A stretch of DNA of 53,919 bases from Firmicutes bacterium CAG:170 (GTDB lineage Bacteria; Bacillota; Clostridia; Oscillospirales; Oscillospiraceae). The notes under the pieces were generated by a model. It did no database searches. It was not told the DNA's origin and saw only the letters and a program-made list of their open reading frames with translations. How positions within the stretch are numbered: the stretch's first letter is position 1; each line of letters opens with the position of its first letter. Both the position numbers and the translations under genes were made by a program. Shown here one piece after another: positions 34,445 through 44,326 of the stretch. The stretch covers positions 1-53,919 of the forward strand of contig FR887093.1 of the NCBI GenBank assembly GCA_000436735.1, given 5' to 3'.

Positions 34445-34734
34445 AAAGGTACTGTCGGGAGGGGGCGGCATCTGTTGCGGGCTCGACGACCCCATTTTTC
34501 GCCTAGTTAGTTTCCTGTTTTTCTGGTAATTTCGTTACGATTACCGCTGGAATGTGCGCAGGTATCGACGCAGATACCGCGCATTTTTCATACCACAGCG
34601 CGGGTGAGGCATACCGCGCTGACCTCCTAAGTTCATATGACCACATCGGGGTAAGGGTCACGCCCGTGCAGCACGGGTGCTGCGGTGCAATTCCGCTGAG
34701 CCCCATCAGAAAAAGCGTGAAAGGAGCTTGCTAT

Positions 34735-35301
34735 ATGGCTGAAACGAGACTCAAGATTGATGCTGAGGCGGAAGTCAGCACGACAGAGCTGGCCGCAATC
34801 CTCGGCGTGACGGCGCGGCGTGTGCAGCAGATGGCGCAGGACGGAACAATCGTTCCGGTGCGACGCGGCTACTTCCAGCTCGGCGACGCGGTTCAGCGAT
34901 ATATCAATTTCCTTTCCAAACCGCAGATCAGCGAGGCCGAGCAGAAGCTGGAAACAGCGAAGCGGCAGTCCGAAGCGCAGCTCAAGCTCTCCAAAGCTCA
35001 GCTTGCGAAGATGGAGGTCGAGGAGCTGAAAGGCAAGCTGCACCGCTCGGAAGATGTGGAGGGCTTCACGGAAGATCTAATTTACACCATCCGCGCTGCG
35101 CTGCTGTCGCTTCCGGGGCGGCTGTCGGTTGACGTCACCGCCGCGCAAAGCCCGGCTGAGGCTGCCGAGATCATCCGCAAGGAAGTCCATAAGGTCATGC
35201 GCGAGCTGGCTGCGCATCACTACGATCCTGAGAAATACGCCGAGAAAGTAAACGAGCGGCGCGACTGGAGCAATGCGGGGCGCAGCTATGACGAAGAATG
35301 A
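34735..35301 (+). CDS. Terminase small subunit (Nu1-like)
   Basis: N-terminal wHTH (ELAAILGVTARRVQQM) and coiled coil; upstream of terL. Confidence 0.85.
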   Translation: MAETRLKIDAEAEVSTTELAAILGVTARRVQQMAQDGTIVPVRRGYFQLGDAVQRYINFLSKPQISEAEQKLETAKRQSEAQLKLSKAQLAKMEVEELKGKLHRSEDVEGFTEDLIYTIRAALLSLPGRLSVDVTAAQSPAEAAEIIRKEVHKVMRELAAHHYDPEKYAEKVNERRDWSNAGRSYDEE

Positions 35302-37276
35302 GGCAGCGGCCGATGCGCTGAAAAAAGCCGAAGCCGAACGCCAAGCCAAACGTCGCGGCGCGGCACGTCTGAACAAGGCCATGCGCAAGGCGCTGGCTGG
35401 CATGACGCCGCCTGATGACCTTACCGTCACCCAATGGGCAGAAGCCAAACGCCGCCTCTCTGCTGAGAGCGCAGCCGAACCCGGCCCGTGGCGTACGGAG
35501 CGCACGCCCTATCTGCGCGAGCCGATGGACGCTTTTACGGACCCAAAGGTTCGGCACATCGTCATGGTGGCCGCATCGCAGGTCGGCAAGTCCGAGTTTC
35601 TGAATAACTGCATCGGCTACATCATTGACGAGGACCCCGGCTCTATTCTGTTCATTCATCCCACAACCATTGACGCGCAGGAGTATTCCAAGCTCCGTAT
35701 CGCGCCGATGCTGCGCGACAGTCCGGCTCTGCGGCAGAAGATCGCCGCACCGAAAAGCCGCGACTCTCACAATACGATTCTCCAAAAGGCCTATCCGGGC
35801 GGCATCCTTACGATGTGCGGCTCGACCGAGGCACACGCGCTGGCATCAAAGCCTATCCGCTATGTGTTCGGCGACGAACGCGACCGATGGGCAACGAGCG
35901 CCGGCAATGAGGGCGATCCGTGGGATCTGGCAATGGCCAGGCAGACCACGTTCTATAATGCGAAGGCCGTCGAAGTATCAACTACGACGATCAAAAATGC
36001 CAGCGCTATCGAAGCTGCCTACTACACAGGCACGATGGAGCGGTGGAACTCCAAATGCCCGCATTGCGGCGAGTACCACGAAATCCGCTGGTCTGATATT
36101 CGCTTTGAGTACGACGAAATCATCGTCTCTCACAAGAAGACCTACAAGGTCAAGAAGGTGTACTACACCTGCCCCGGCTGCGGCTGCATTTCCACGGAAG
36201 CGGAGATGAAACGCGCCCCGGCAAAATGGATTGCCGAGAATCCGGAAGCCTACGGCCAAGGAACCCGTTCTTTCTGGCTGAACGCTTTCGTCAGCCAGTG
36301 GGCTTCGTGGGAATCTATCGTCCTGAAATATCTCAATGCGCTTGGCAGCACGAAAAAGATGCAGGTCGTTTTCAACACCTGCTTCGGTGAGCCGTGGGAA
36401 GACCGCGGCGACATTGAGGATGAGGATTCGCTGCTCGCTCGCCGCGAGGACTACGGCAAGGACAAAAACGGCGAGCCGGTCGAGCTGCCGCCGGGCGTCC
36501 TCGTTTTGACGGCTGGCGTTGATACGCAGGATGACCGCATGGAGTATGAGATCGTCGGGCACGGGTTCTTCGGCGAAACATGGGGCATTGAAAAAGGAAT
36601 CGTCATGGGGCGCCCGGATGATGACGCCACATGGAACAAACTCGATGAAGTTGTGTTCGACCGTGTGATGCGTTTTGAGAACGGCGTCGGCCTGCGGGTG
36701 TCTATGTCCTTCGTGGATGAGGGCGGTCACTTCACGCAGAGCGTTCGCGCACAATGCAACGCCAGAATCAGCAAGAAAGTATTCTGCATCAAAGGTATGC
36801 CCGGACAGGATAAGCCTTATATCTCACCGCCGAAAAAACAGAAGATCTTCGTCAATCAGATTGCGGTCGGCACCTGCTGGCAATATCAGCTCGGCGTCGA
36901 TTCCGGAAAGGAAATCATCATGGACAATCTGCGCGTACAGACGCCCGGACAGAAATATTGCCATTTCCCGAAGCGCGACGATTACGGCAGCGCCTATTTT
37001 GCGGGTCTGCTGTCGGAAACGAAGGTTTATGATCCGAACAAGAAGCAGCCGTGGTCGTGGAAGAAGATTCCCGGACACGAGCGTAACGAGCCTCTGGACT
37101 GCCGCAACTACGCGCTTGCCGCATTTAAGGCGTTGCCGAAGAATCTCGATGAGATCGACCGCCAGATCAAGGCCGCTTCCGGTGTTCGCGTACCTGCTCC
37201 GCCCTCGGCGAACATTACGCCGCCGAAGCGCCGCCCGGCGCAGCGCAGCAGGCAGAAATACTACGACGATTGGTAA
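35288..37276 (+). CDS. Terminase large subunit, lambda GpA family
   Basis: RTPYLREPMD, AASQVGKSE (Walker A), VFGDERD, GVDTQDDR, RNEPLDC. Confidence 0.95.
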   Translation: MTKNEAAADALKKAEAERQAKRRGAARLNKAMRKALAGMTPPDDLTVTQWAEAKRRLSAESAAEPGPWRTERTPYLREPMDAFTDPKVRHIVMVAASQVGKSEFLNNCIGYIIDEDPGSILFIHPTTIDAQEYSKLRIAPMLRDSPALRQKIAAPKSRDSHNTILQKAYPGGILTMCGSTEAHALASKPIRYVFGDERDRWATSAGNEGDPWDLAMARQTTFYNAKAVEVSTTTIKNASAIEAAYYTGTMERWNSKCPHCGEYHEIRWSDIRFEYDEIIVSHKKTYKVKKVYYTCPGCGCISTEAEMKRAPAKWIAENPEAYGQGTRSFWLNAFVSQWASWESIVLKYLNALGSTKKMQVVFNTCFGEPWEDRGDIEDEDSLLARREDYGKDKNGEPVELPPGVLVLTAGVDTQDDRMEYEIVGHGFFGETWGIEKGIVMGRPDDDATWNKLDEVVFDRVMRFENGVGLRVSMSFVDEGGHFTQSVRAQCNARISKKVFCIKGMPGQDKPYISPPKKQKIFVNQIAVGTCWQYQLGVDSGKEIIMDNLRVQTPGQKYCHFPKRDDYGSAYFAGLLSETKVYDPNKKQPWSWKKIPGHERNEPLDCRNYALAAFKALPKNLDEIDRQIKAASGVRVPAPPSANITPPKRRPAQRSRQKYYDDW

Positions 37277-37288
37277 GGAGCGTGTTTT

Positions 37289-37546
37289 ATGGCAAGCAGA
37301 ATCATCATCGAGAAGCGGCTCGCATTCCGCGAAGCGGCGCTTGAAAAGCTCTATGACGCATACACGGCGCTGGTCGACGGCGGCGTGAAATCCTACATGA
37401 TCGATGACCGGCAGCTCACCCGTTTTGATCTCCCGGCGCTGTCGGAAGAAATTAAGCAGATGGAGAATGAGATCGATCAACTGACCTCGGAGCTGAACGG
37501 CAGCAAGCGCCGCAAGGCATTCGGCGTCATCCCCCGCGATTGGTGA
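37289..37546 (+). CDS. gpW-like head-tail joining protein
   Basis: VKSYMIDDRQLTRFDL; lies between terL and portal. Confidence 0.75.
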   Translation: MASRIIIEKRLAFREAALEKLYDAYTALVDGGVKSYMIDDRQLTRFDLPALSEEIKQMENEIDQLTSELNGSKRRKAFGVIPRDW

Positions 37547-37678
37547 GCATTTTCGTGAGGTCACGAAAATGATAAATACAGCAATTCGCCCGAAAGGGCT
37601 TTTGCACGGGCGCTCTGGCGGAGTTTTCTCCTTTCGCCGCCAGAGTGTCCGTTTTCTATTTCACAGGAGGCGAAAGCA

Positions 37679-39286
37679 TTGAGCAAGAGAAATCACAGCC
37701 GGAGCGCTGCTCCGTATGCCAAGGGCTATAGCGAAGCTGGTGCGAGCGTCACCCGGCGCGCGCTCAAAGGGTTCACCCCAGACAGCGGTTCGCCAAACGA
37801 AGACATTAACCGCAACAACGCCACGCTGCGCCAGCGGTCGAGAATGCTTTATATGGCGTCGCCCGTGGCCACGAGCGCCATCAACACCAACCGCACAAAG
37901 GTTGTCGGCACAGGCTTGACGCTGAAAGCGACCGTCGACCGCGACCTGCTGGGGCTTTCTCCGGAGGCGGCAAAAGAGTGGCAGCACAAAGCCGAGATGG
38001 AATTTCGGCTCTGGGGCGGTAAAAAGCAGAACTGCGACGCGCTCGGCCTGAACAACTTCATGGCGCTGCAGCAGCTCGCGCTCAAATCGTGGCTCATGTC
38101 CGGAGACGTGTTTGTCCTGGTGAAGCGTTACCCGGCGGCGCCGCTGAATCCCTATTCTATGCGGTTGCACGTCATTGAAGCAGACCGCGTTTCCACACCT
38201 ACCAACTTCAGCGGAGGCTACACCTACGGCGGCTTCATGGATGCCGTCGTTCCGGATGGGAAGCCCGGCGCCGGTCACCGCGTTTTCGACGGCGTGGAGG
38301 TCGACAAAAACGGCCGCGTCGTTGCCTATTACATCAGCAACACCTATCCGCACCAGATCACGACCGAGAAACAGGAATGGACGCGCGTCCCGGCCTACGG
38401 TGAGCGCACCGGCCTGCCGAATATCCTGCACATCATGGACAGCGAGCGCCCCGATCAGTACCGCGGCGTTCCGTATCTGGCACAGGTTATTGAGCCGCTG
38501 CTGCAGCTTCGCCGCTACACGGAATCGGAGCTGATGGCGGCGCTGGTGCAGAGTTTCTTTACGGCATGGATTGAAACGGAAACCGATCCGTCCGGTACGC
38601 CATTCAATGAAGTCGGCACAGGAGACATTGCCGGCGTTCCGACTGCCAGCCCGGATGGTGCTGGTGCAAGCAATATCTCTGACGATCCCAACGAGTACGA
38701 AATGGGGCCGGGTACGGTAACGCACCTTGCTCCCGGCGAGAAAGTCAACTTTGGCAGTCCGAACATCCCGACCGCAGGGTTTGAGACGTTCGTGAAGACA
38801 ATTTGCCGCTTGGTCGGCTCGGCGCTGGAACTGCCTTATGACGTACTCATCAAGGAATTCAACAGCTCCTACTCTGCAAGCCGCGGTGCGCTGCTGGAAG
38901 CATGGGAAGCGTTCAAAATGCGCCGGTCTTGGTTCGTGAACGACTTCTGCCAGCCGATCTACGAGCTGTTCATGGCCGAAGCTGTTGCGCTCGGACGCAT
39001 CAATGCTCCGGGCTTCCACACAGATCCGCTCTTGCGCGAGGCGTGGTGCGGCGCTCGCTGGATTGGCCCCGTTCAGGGTTCCCTCGACCCAAAGAAGGAG
39101 GCCGAGGCCGCTCTGATGCTGACCAACCGCGCCATCAAGACGAACGATCAGGTTACGCGCGAAATGTCTGGCGGCGACTGGGAAGAAAATGTCGATCAGC
39201 TTGCGCGTGAAAATGAATTGCTCGCAGCCATCGGGAGCGTACAGCAGCCAGCAGAAAACACACCGCCTGCGAGCGGTGAAGAGTGA
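37679..39286 (+). CDS. Portal protein, lambda family
   Basis: LRQRSR, GVEVDKNGRVVAYY, RPDQYRGVP, SYSASR, DPKKEAEA. Confidence 0.95.
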   Translation: MSKRNHSRSAAPYAKGYSEAGASVTRRALKGFTPDSGSPNEDINRNNATLRQRSRMLYMASPVATSAINTNRTKVVGTGLTLKATVDRDLLGLSPEAAKEWQHKAEMEFRLWGGKKQNCDALGLNNFMALQQLALKSWLMSGDVFVLVKRYPAAPLNPYSMRLHVIEADRVSTPTNFSGGYTYGGFMDAVVPDGKPGAGHRVFDGVEVDKNGRVVAYYISNTYPHQITTEKQEWTRVPAYGERTGLPNILHIMDSERPDQYRGVPYLAQVIEPLLQLRRYTESELMAALVQSFFTAWIETETDPSGTPFNEVGTGDIAGVPTASPDGAGASNISDDPNEYEMGPGTVTHLAPGEKVNFGSPNIPTAGFETFVKTICRLVGSALELPYDVLIKEFNSSYSASRGALLEAWEAFKMRRSWFVNDFCQPIYELFMAEAVALGRINAPGFHTDPLLREAWCGARWIGPVQGSLDPKKEAEAALMLTNRAIKTNDQVTREMSGGDWEENVDQLARENELLAAIGSVQQPAENTPPASGEE

Positions 39287-39300
39287 AGGAGGAATCGGGC

Positions 39301-40542
39301 ATGAAAATGAAAAATGCGCCGGCTATTTCGATCAGCAAAAAGGTCTATACCATGGCCACTACGGATGAATCTGGCAGCTCGGCCGAGATCACCATGTATG
39401 GTGACATCTATGAGCAGCAGCCGACAAACTGGTGGGGCGAACCCATCGAGGGGCAGTACATTCTACTTAGTGAGTTTTTGGAGGACCTCAAGCAGATTTC
39501 TTCCTGCAAGAACATCACAATCCGCATGAACAGCTACGGTGGCGACGCCGGAGCCTCAAATATGATTCATAACCGCCTGCGGGAGCTTTCCCGGAGCGGC
39601 GCAAAGCTCACCTGTATTGTGGACGGCGTAGCCATGTCGGGCGGCAGCATCATCATGTGCGCCTGCGATACGGTCAAGGTCAATCCGTCCAGCATCATTA
39701 TGATTCACAAGTGCTGGCAGTTTCTTTTCGGCGGCTATAACGCCGATGAGCTGCGGGAGCAGGCTACGCAGCAGGACGCATGGGATAAGATGCAGTCCGA
39801 GGTCTACAAGCGAAAAACCGGGCTTTCCGAAACAGTCATCATGCACATGATGGCAGATACAACCTACATGACAGGTCGTGAGGCCATCGAAAAGGGCTTC
39901 GCGGATGAACTGATTGAAGATGCCGAGCCTGTCGGTATCGCCGCTAGCGCGGATGGGCGCAGCCTGTTCGTGCGCGGCAAGCAGTTTCACCTCGCTCCGG
40001 GCATGTTTGCCCCGGACAACATTCCTACGGTCGATTCCGAGGCAGCGGCCCCGGTTGAGGCGAATAAAAACAAGCCGGAGAATCCCGGCGAAGAAGGAGG
40101 AAACTCTACTATGACACTGGAAGAGCTCCGGGCAAAATACCCGGACGAAATTGCTCAGGCTGAAGCTGCTGCACGGGCCGCTGTCGATCACACCGAAGCG
40201 GTCAATGCGGCGGTTCAGGCCGAACGGGAACGGATGCAGGAAATTGACGAAGTCGCCAGCCTGCTCGATCCTGCCGACGTGCGTGAAGCCAAGTACGGCG
40301 AAAAGCCTTGCACCGCCGCCGATCTGGTGATGGCTGACGCGAAGAAGCGCGCAAAGCAGGGCAAGAAATTCCTGTCCGACCTCAAGGACGATGCCGACGA
40401 GTCCAACGCCGAAGACGTTGGCGCAACGCCTCCCCCTGCTGAGGAAGAGGAAGAAGACGATGACGCGAAGAAGACCCCGGAAGCGCGGCTGGCCGATGCA
40501 AGGGCCAAGGTTTCTGCGCTGTTCGGCAAGAAGGAGGGCTAA
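39301..40542 (+). CDS. ClpP-type head maturation protease with scaffold C-terminus
   Basis: MNSYGGD, GVAMSGGS, IMIH, EAIEKGFAD. Confidence 0.9.
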   Translation: MKMKNAPAISISKKVYTMATTDESGSSAEITMYGDIYEQQPTNWWGEPIEGQYILLSEFLEDLKQISSCKNITIRMNSYGGDAGASNMIHNRLRELSRSGAKLTCIVDGVAMSGGSIIMCACDTVKVNPSSIIMIHKCWQFLFGGYNADELREQATQQDAWDKMQSEVYKRKTGLSETVIMHMMADTTYMTGREAIEKGFADELIEDAEPVGIAASADGRSLFVRGKQFHLAPGMFAPDNIPTVDSEAAAPVEANKNKPENPGEEGGNSTMTLEELRAKYPDEIAQAEAAARAAVDHTEAVNAAVQAERERMQEIDEVASLLDPADVREAKYGEKPCTAADLVMADAKKRAKQGKKFLSDLKDDADESNAEDVGATPPPAEEEEEDDDAKKTPEARLADARAKVSALFGKKEG

Positions 40543-40545
40543 GCT

Positions 40546-40953
40546 ATGACGAACCTGAGCAAGAAACTCGGTGAGATGAATTTCGACGGTCTGTTCACGG
40601 ACGTCGTGCCTGCCGTTCAGGTACGCGGCGGCACCATTCGCAAGCAGACCACTTCTGCTGTCACACTCAAGCGCGGCACGATCCTCGCAAAATCCTACGG
40701 CACGGCTGGCGACGGCAAGCTGGTGATCCTCGGCTCCACTGCCGCGACCAATGAAACGCTGACGCCGGATTGCGTACTCTGCGACGATGTTACCGTTGGC
40801 ACCGACGCCGACGAAAAGGTCGCAGTCTACACGGCTGGCTGCTTCGACCCCGACAAGGTGAGCGTCGCTGCCAGCTACAGCATCACCGAAACCGACAAAG
40901 ACAATCTGCGTATGCGCGGTATCGTCTTCAAGGACGCCGCTGCTGCCGACTAA
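40546..40953 (+). CDS. Head decoration protein
   Basis: LKRGTIL..VYTAGCF..LRMRGI; lies between protease and capsid. Confidence 0.8.
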   Translation: MTNLSKKLGEMNFDGLFTDVVPAVQVRGGTIRKQTTSAVTLKRGTILAKSYGTAGDGKLVILGSTAATNETLTPDCVLCDDVTVGTDADEKVAVYTAGCFDPDKVSVAASYSITETDKDNLRMRGIVFKDAAAAD

Positions 40954-40967
40954 GGAGGGAGTCAACT

Positions 40968-42053
40968 ATGAGTGCAGAACTGAACTTCTTTGATACCTAT
41001 ATCCTGATGGCGATTGTTGAGGAAATCGTGCCCAAGCAGACGTTCTTCAAGGATCGCTACTTCCCGACGGGCGATGACGACATCTTCGCTTCCGACAAGG
41101 TGCTGACCGAGTACCGCAAGGGCGACCGCAAGATGGCGGCGTTCGTGTCTTCCCGCGCCGGTGATATTCCGATGGAACGCCGGGGCTTTGAGATCCACGA
41201 ATACCAGCCCGCGTTCATCGCTCCTTCTCGTCTGCTGACGCAGGACGATCTGCGCAAGCGCGGCTTCGGCGAAGCCATCTATGCCAACAGCACCCCGGCC
41301 CAGCGCGCCGCCCGCCTGCAGCGTGACGATCTTTCCGATATGGACATTCGCATCACCCGTCGTGAAGAGTGGATGGCCGTCCAGACCATGATCAACAACT
41401 CCTGCACGATGCAGTCGTACATCGACGATAAGACCGAAGGTGAAAAGCTGTATGTGCAGTTTTATGACACGACGAGCGATCACGCCTACACCGTCAGCAC
41501 CAAGTGGAACGCAACTGACGAAAAGGGTGCGGCGTTCTTCTCCGACGTGAAGAATATGTGCCGCAAGCTGTCCAAGCGTGGCCTCCGGGCAGCAGACCTC
41601 GTGATCGGCTCCGACGTTGCAGACGCGATCCTCGCTCTCACGGACGTCAAGTCCCTGCTCGACCGCAACAGCGGCATCATCATCGGCACGATTGATCAGC
41701 AGCTCAGCCCCTATGACGGCGTTACCTATATGGGTACGCTGAACTTCGGCGGTTTCCGCCTCAACGTGATTTGCGTGGACGAAACCTATGTCGATGACAG
41801 CGGTGCGGAGCAGCGGTACTTCCCCGCGACCTCTGCAATGGTCACAGCTCCCGACTGCGGTCACATGATGTACGGCCAGATCACGCAGATTGATTACGGC
41901 TCGACCGACTTCTCCACCTACGTTGCAAAGCGCGTCCCGAAGTTTGTTCTCGACCAGCCCAACGACAGACGCAAGCTGCGCTTGGCTGCCCGTCCGCTGG
42001 CTGCGCCGAAAAACTACTGCCCGTACATCTACGCGGCAAACGTCGTGGCCTGA
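40968..42053 (+). CDS. Major capsid protein (lambda E family)
   Basis: FFKDRYFP..MAAFVS..RREEWMA; position after the decoration protein. Confidence 0.9.
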   Translation: MSAELNFFDTYILMAIVEEIVPKQTFFKDRYFPTGDDDIFASDKVLTEYRKGDRKMAAFVSSRAGDIPMERRGFEIHEYQPAFIAPSRLLTQDDLRKRGFGEAIYANSTPAQRAARLQRDDLSDMDIRITRREEWMAVQTMINNSCTMQSYIDDKTEGEKLYVQFYDTTSDHAYTVSTKWNATDEKGAAFFSDVKNMCRKLSKRGLRAADLVIGSDVADAILALTDVKSLLDRNSGIIIGTIDQQLSPYDGVTYMGTLNFGGFRLNVICVDETYVDDSGAEQRYFPATSAMVTAPDCGHMMYGQITQIDYGSTDFSTYVAKRVPKFVLDQPNDRRKLRLAARPLAAPKNYCPYIYAANVVA

Positions 42054-42076
42054 TCGGCGCGTGAAAGGAGTACGGC

Positions 42077-42529
42077 ATGAAAATTGAAATTATCAGCGGT
42101 TCCTACGGCTGGCGTAAGACCAAGGACGCCATGCCGAAGCTCGTTGAGCGCGGCGGCGTCTGCGAGGTAGACGAAGCCGAAGCAAGGCGTCTCGTCGCGC
42201 TCGGCGTCGCAGCGATCGTCCACGAAGCAGACGAAGCGCCTGTTGCAAGCAGCAGCACGGTCGAAAGCGGCGACACCCCCTGCGCCGATATGCCCAGCGA
42301 AGAAAACGGCGCAGAGAGCGGCGCAGAGGCCCATCTCGACGCGGAGCAGCTACAGGAAATGACGGTGGCACAGCTCAAAGAGCTTGCCGCCGAGCTTGGC
42401 ATTGAAACGGCGAAGCTCCGCAAGAAAGATGACCTGATTGCGGCAATCGTTGCCGTGCCCGTCGAGCCGGGCGAGGAAATCAGTGAGGATGATCTTCCTG
42501 ATCTGAGCGCCGCCGCGCCGGTGGTATGA
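42077..42529 (+). CDS. Head-associated protein with Rho-N/HeH-like motif
   Basis: EAEARRLVALGVA; MTVAQLKELAAELGI..KKDDLI. Confidence 0.6.
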   Translation: MKIEIISGSYGWRKTKDAMPKLVERGGVCEVDEAEARRLVALGVAAIVHEADEAPVASSSTVESGDTPCADMPSEENGAESGAEAHLDAEQLQEMTVAQLKELAAELGIETAKLRKKDDLIAAIVAVPVEPGEEISEDDLPDLSAAAPVV

Positions 42530-42906
42530 GCAAATTCAAGGACATGGTCGCGCGTGACAATGCGCGGACCTTTATGAACCTCGACGAGTTTGCAGAGAAG
42601 CGGGTCGTGGTCTACGACGGCGTGACATACGACGGCGAGGATCACGCTGGCATTCCGGTTGTGCTGTCCGGGCTGAAAGAGAAAGACCGCCGCCAGCTTA
42701 TGAGCGATCATATTCAGGGGCTGTTCCTCGTTTCGTCCGTGCTGCATTGCAGGATTCAGGATCTCGGCGGCAACCAACCGGAAAAAGGGATGCGCATGGA
42801 GATCAGCGATCCCGATGACGCTACCTTCTTCCGACGCTTCTACGTCGCCTCGTCGGTCTGCGAGCTGGGCCTGCTTCGCGTAGAACTGGAGGCGTTCAAC
42901 GAATGA
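42526..42906 (+). CDS. Head-tail adaptor/closure protein
   Basis: FKDMVARD..FMNLDEFAE; position in the head-tail block. Confidence 0.65.
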   Translation: MSKFKDMVARDNARTFMNLDEFAEKRVVVYDGVTYDGEDHAGIPVVLSGLKEKDRRQLMSDHIQGLFLVSSVLHCRIQDLGGNQPEKGMRMEISDPDDATFFRRFYVASSVCELGLLRVELEAFNE

Positions 42907-43553
42907 GCAGCTTCTACGTCGAATGCATCGGCGCTGAGAAATTCCAGAACGCAGAGCAGATGCTTGCTGATGTGCCGGGCGGCATGGAACGTGCGCTGAA
43001 ATCCGCGACAAAACGTGCCGTATCGTTCCTGCGAACGCAAAGCACGAAAGAAATCCGGCAGCGGTATGACATCTCGCGGAAGAATATCCGCGCCGAACAG
43101 AATATCCGCGTCAATTACCGCTATTTCAACGGTGTTGAAGCGCGTGTCTCGTTCCGCGGCAACAAAATTCCACTCTGGCGCTATGGCGGCTCGTCTCCAA
43201 AGACGCCGACCGTCAATCCCGATAAGACCATCATGGCCATTGTCAACGGCAATCTTCGCCCGGTTCATCCGGGCATTGCCGCGGCAGGCCATCAGCTCGT
43301 TTCAACTTCGCCGACCACGTTCTCCCGCGCGTTCGTTGCACAGATGAAATCCGGGCATATCGGCATTTTCGAGCGGACCGGCGGCAAGACGGCGACTGGC
43401 GACGCGGAGATCAAGGAAATCATGGGTTCGTCTGTCCCGCAGATGCTCGGCAACGAAGATGTTCAGGAAAGCCTCGCTGAAAAGACGATGGCAAAAATGG
43501 ATGAACGTTTAGAGCATGAAGTGAACCGAATCCTTGCAGGATGGGGAGGTTAA
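42903..43553 (+). CDS. Minor tail protein Z-like
   Basis: AFVAQMKSGHIGIFER..GSSVPQM..RLEHEVNRIL. Confidence 0.75.
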   Translation: MSSFYVECIGAEKFQNAEQMLADVPGGMERALKSATKRAVSFLRTQSTKEIRQRYDISRKNIRAEQNIRVNYRYFNGVEARVSFRGNKIPLWRYGGSSPKTPTVNPDKTIMAIVNGNLRPVHPGIAAAGHQLVSTSPTTFSRAFVAQMKSGHIGIFERTGGKTATGDAEIKEIMGSSVPQMLGNEDVQESLAEKTMAKMDERLEHEVNRILAGWGG

Positions 43554-43556
43554 ATT

Positions 43557-44048
43557 TTGACACGACTGAATTTACTGGACGCGCTTACGAGCTTCACGAA
43601 TGAGGTCATGCGCGAAATTCTTCTTCCCGTGCGGCGGCAGAAGGGCGACGAGGAAGAACCTGCCGAGCGCCCGCCGCTGGTCTACCGCCAGCGTCTGCCC
43701 GATGTCAAATCCGCGACCTCGAAAGCGCCGTACATTCTGCATCAAATCGTCACTGGCGAAGATGAGCAGAAGCCCGGCGAGCCGACGGACAGCAGCGTTG
43801 AGGTCCGCTCTCTTTTCTGCGTGTACGGTGAAGACGATCAGGAAGGTGCGCTGCGGCTGCTTACGACGGTCGAGCATTTCCGTCAAGAGCTTCTGATGCA
43901 CGGCGTAATCGCCAAGCAGTTTGCGCTGGATCTTTCACAGAAGCTATCCACACTCTACTACACCGACAACACCGCACCGTACTTCTGCGCGGAGCTGGTG
44001 TCGGTATGGAAAATCCCCAGTGTCAACAGGGAGGCATTTGCATGGTAA
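43557..44048 (+). CDS. Tail completion/terminator protein
   Basis: Position before the sheath; APYILHQIV. Confidence 0.55.
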   Translation: MTRLNLLDALTSFTNEVMREILLPVRRQKGDEEEPAERPPLVYRQRLPDVKSATSKAPYILHQIVTGEDEQKPGEPTDSSVEVRSLFCVYGEDDQEGALRLLTTVEHFRQELLMHGVIAKQFALDLSQKLSTLYYTDNTAPYFCAELVSVWKIPSVNREAFAW

Positions 44049-44323
44049 AAGCCAAAGGCAAGGCCGGTGCGAAAAGCGCCGGCTTTTGTATGTACATCGG
44101 GCCGAGCATCGTCGGCACGATCCAGCAGGCGCGTATCCTGTACGGTGACAAGCAGGACGCGCTCGCGCAGATCTCGGCAGCGGTTGAGAAATATCCGCTG
44201 ATTGCCACGCTGGTTATTCCCGGCGATCAGGTATCCGAGGCAAGAATCAAAGTCAAAACACCCGGTAATCTGCTCTATGTGAATTATCACAAGCTGGCAG
44301 ACCGGAGAAAGAAGGAGGAGTAA
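44042..44323 (+). CDS. Hypothetical pre-sheath protein
   Basis: MYIGPSI motif; GGAGG RBS. Confidence 0.6.
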   Translation: MVKAKGKAGAKSAGFCMYIGPSIVGTIQQARILYGDKQDALAQISAAVEKYPLIATLVIPGDQVSEARIKVKTPGNLLYVNYHKLADRRKKEE

Positions 44324-44326
44324 CCA

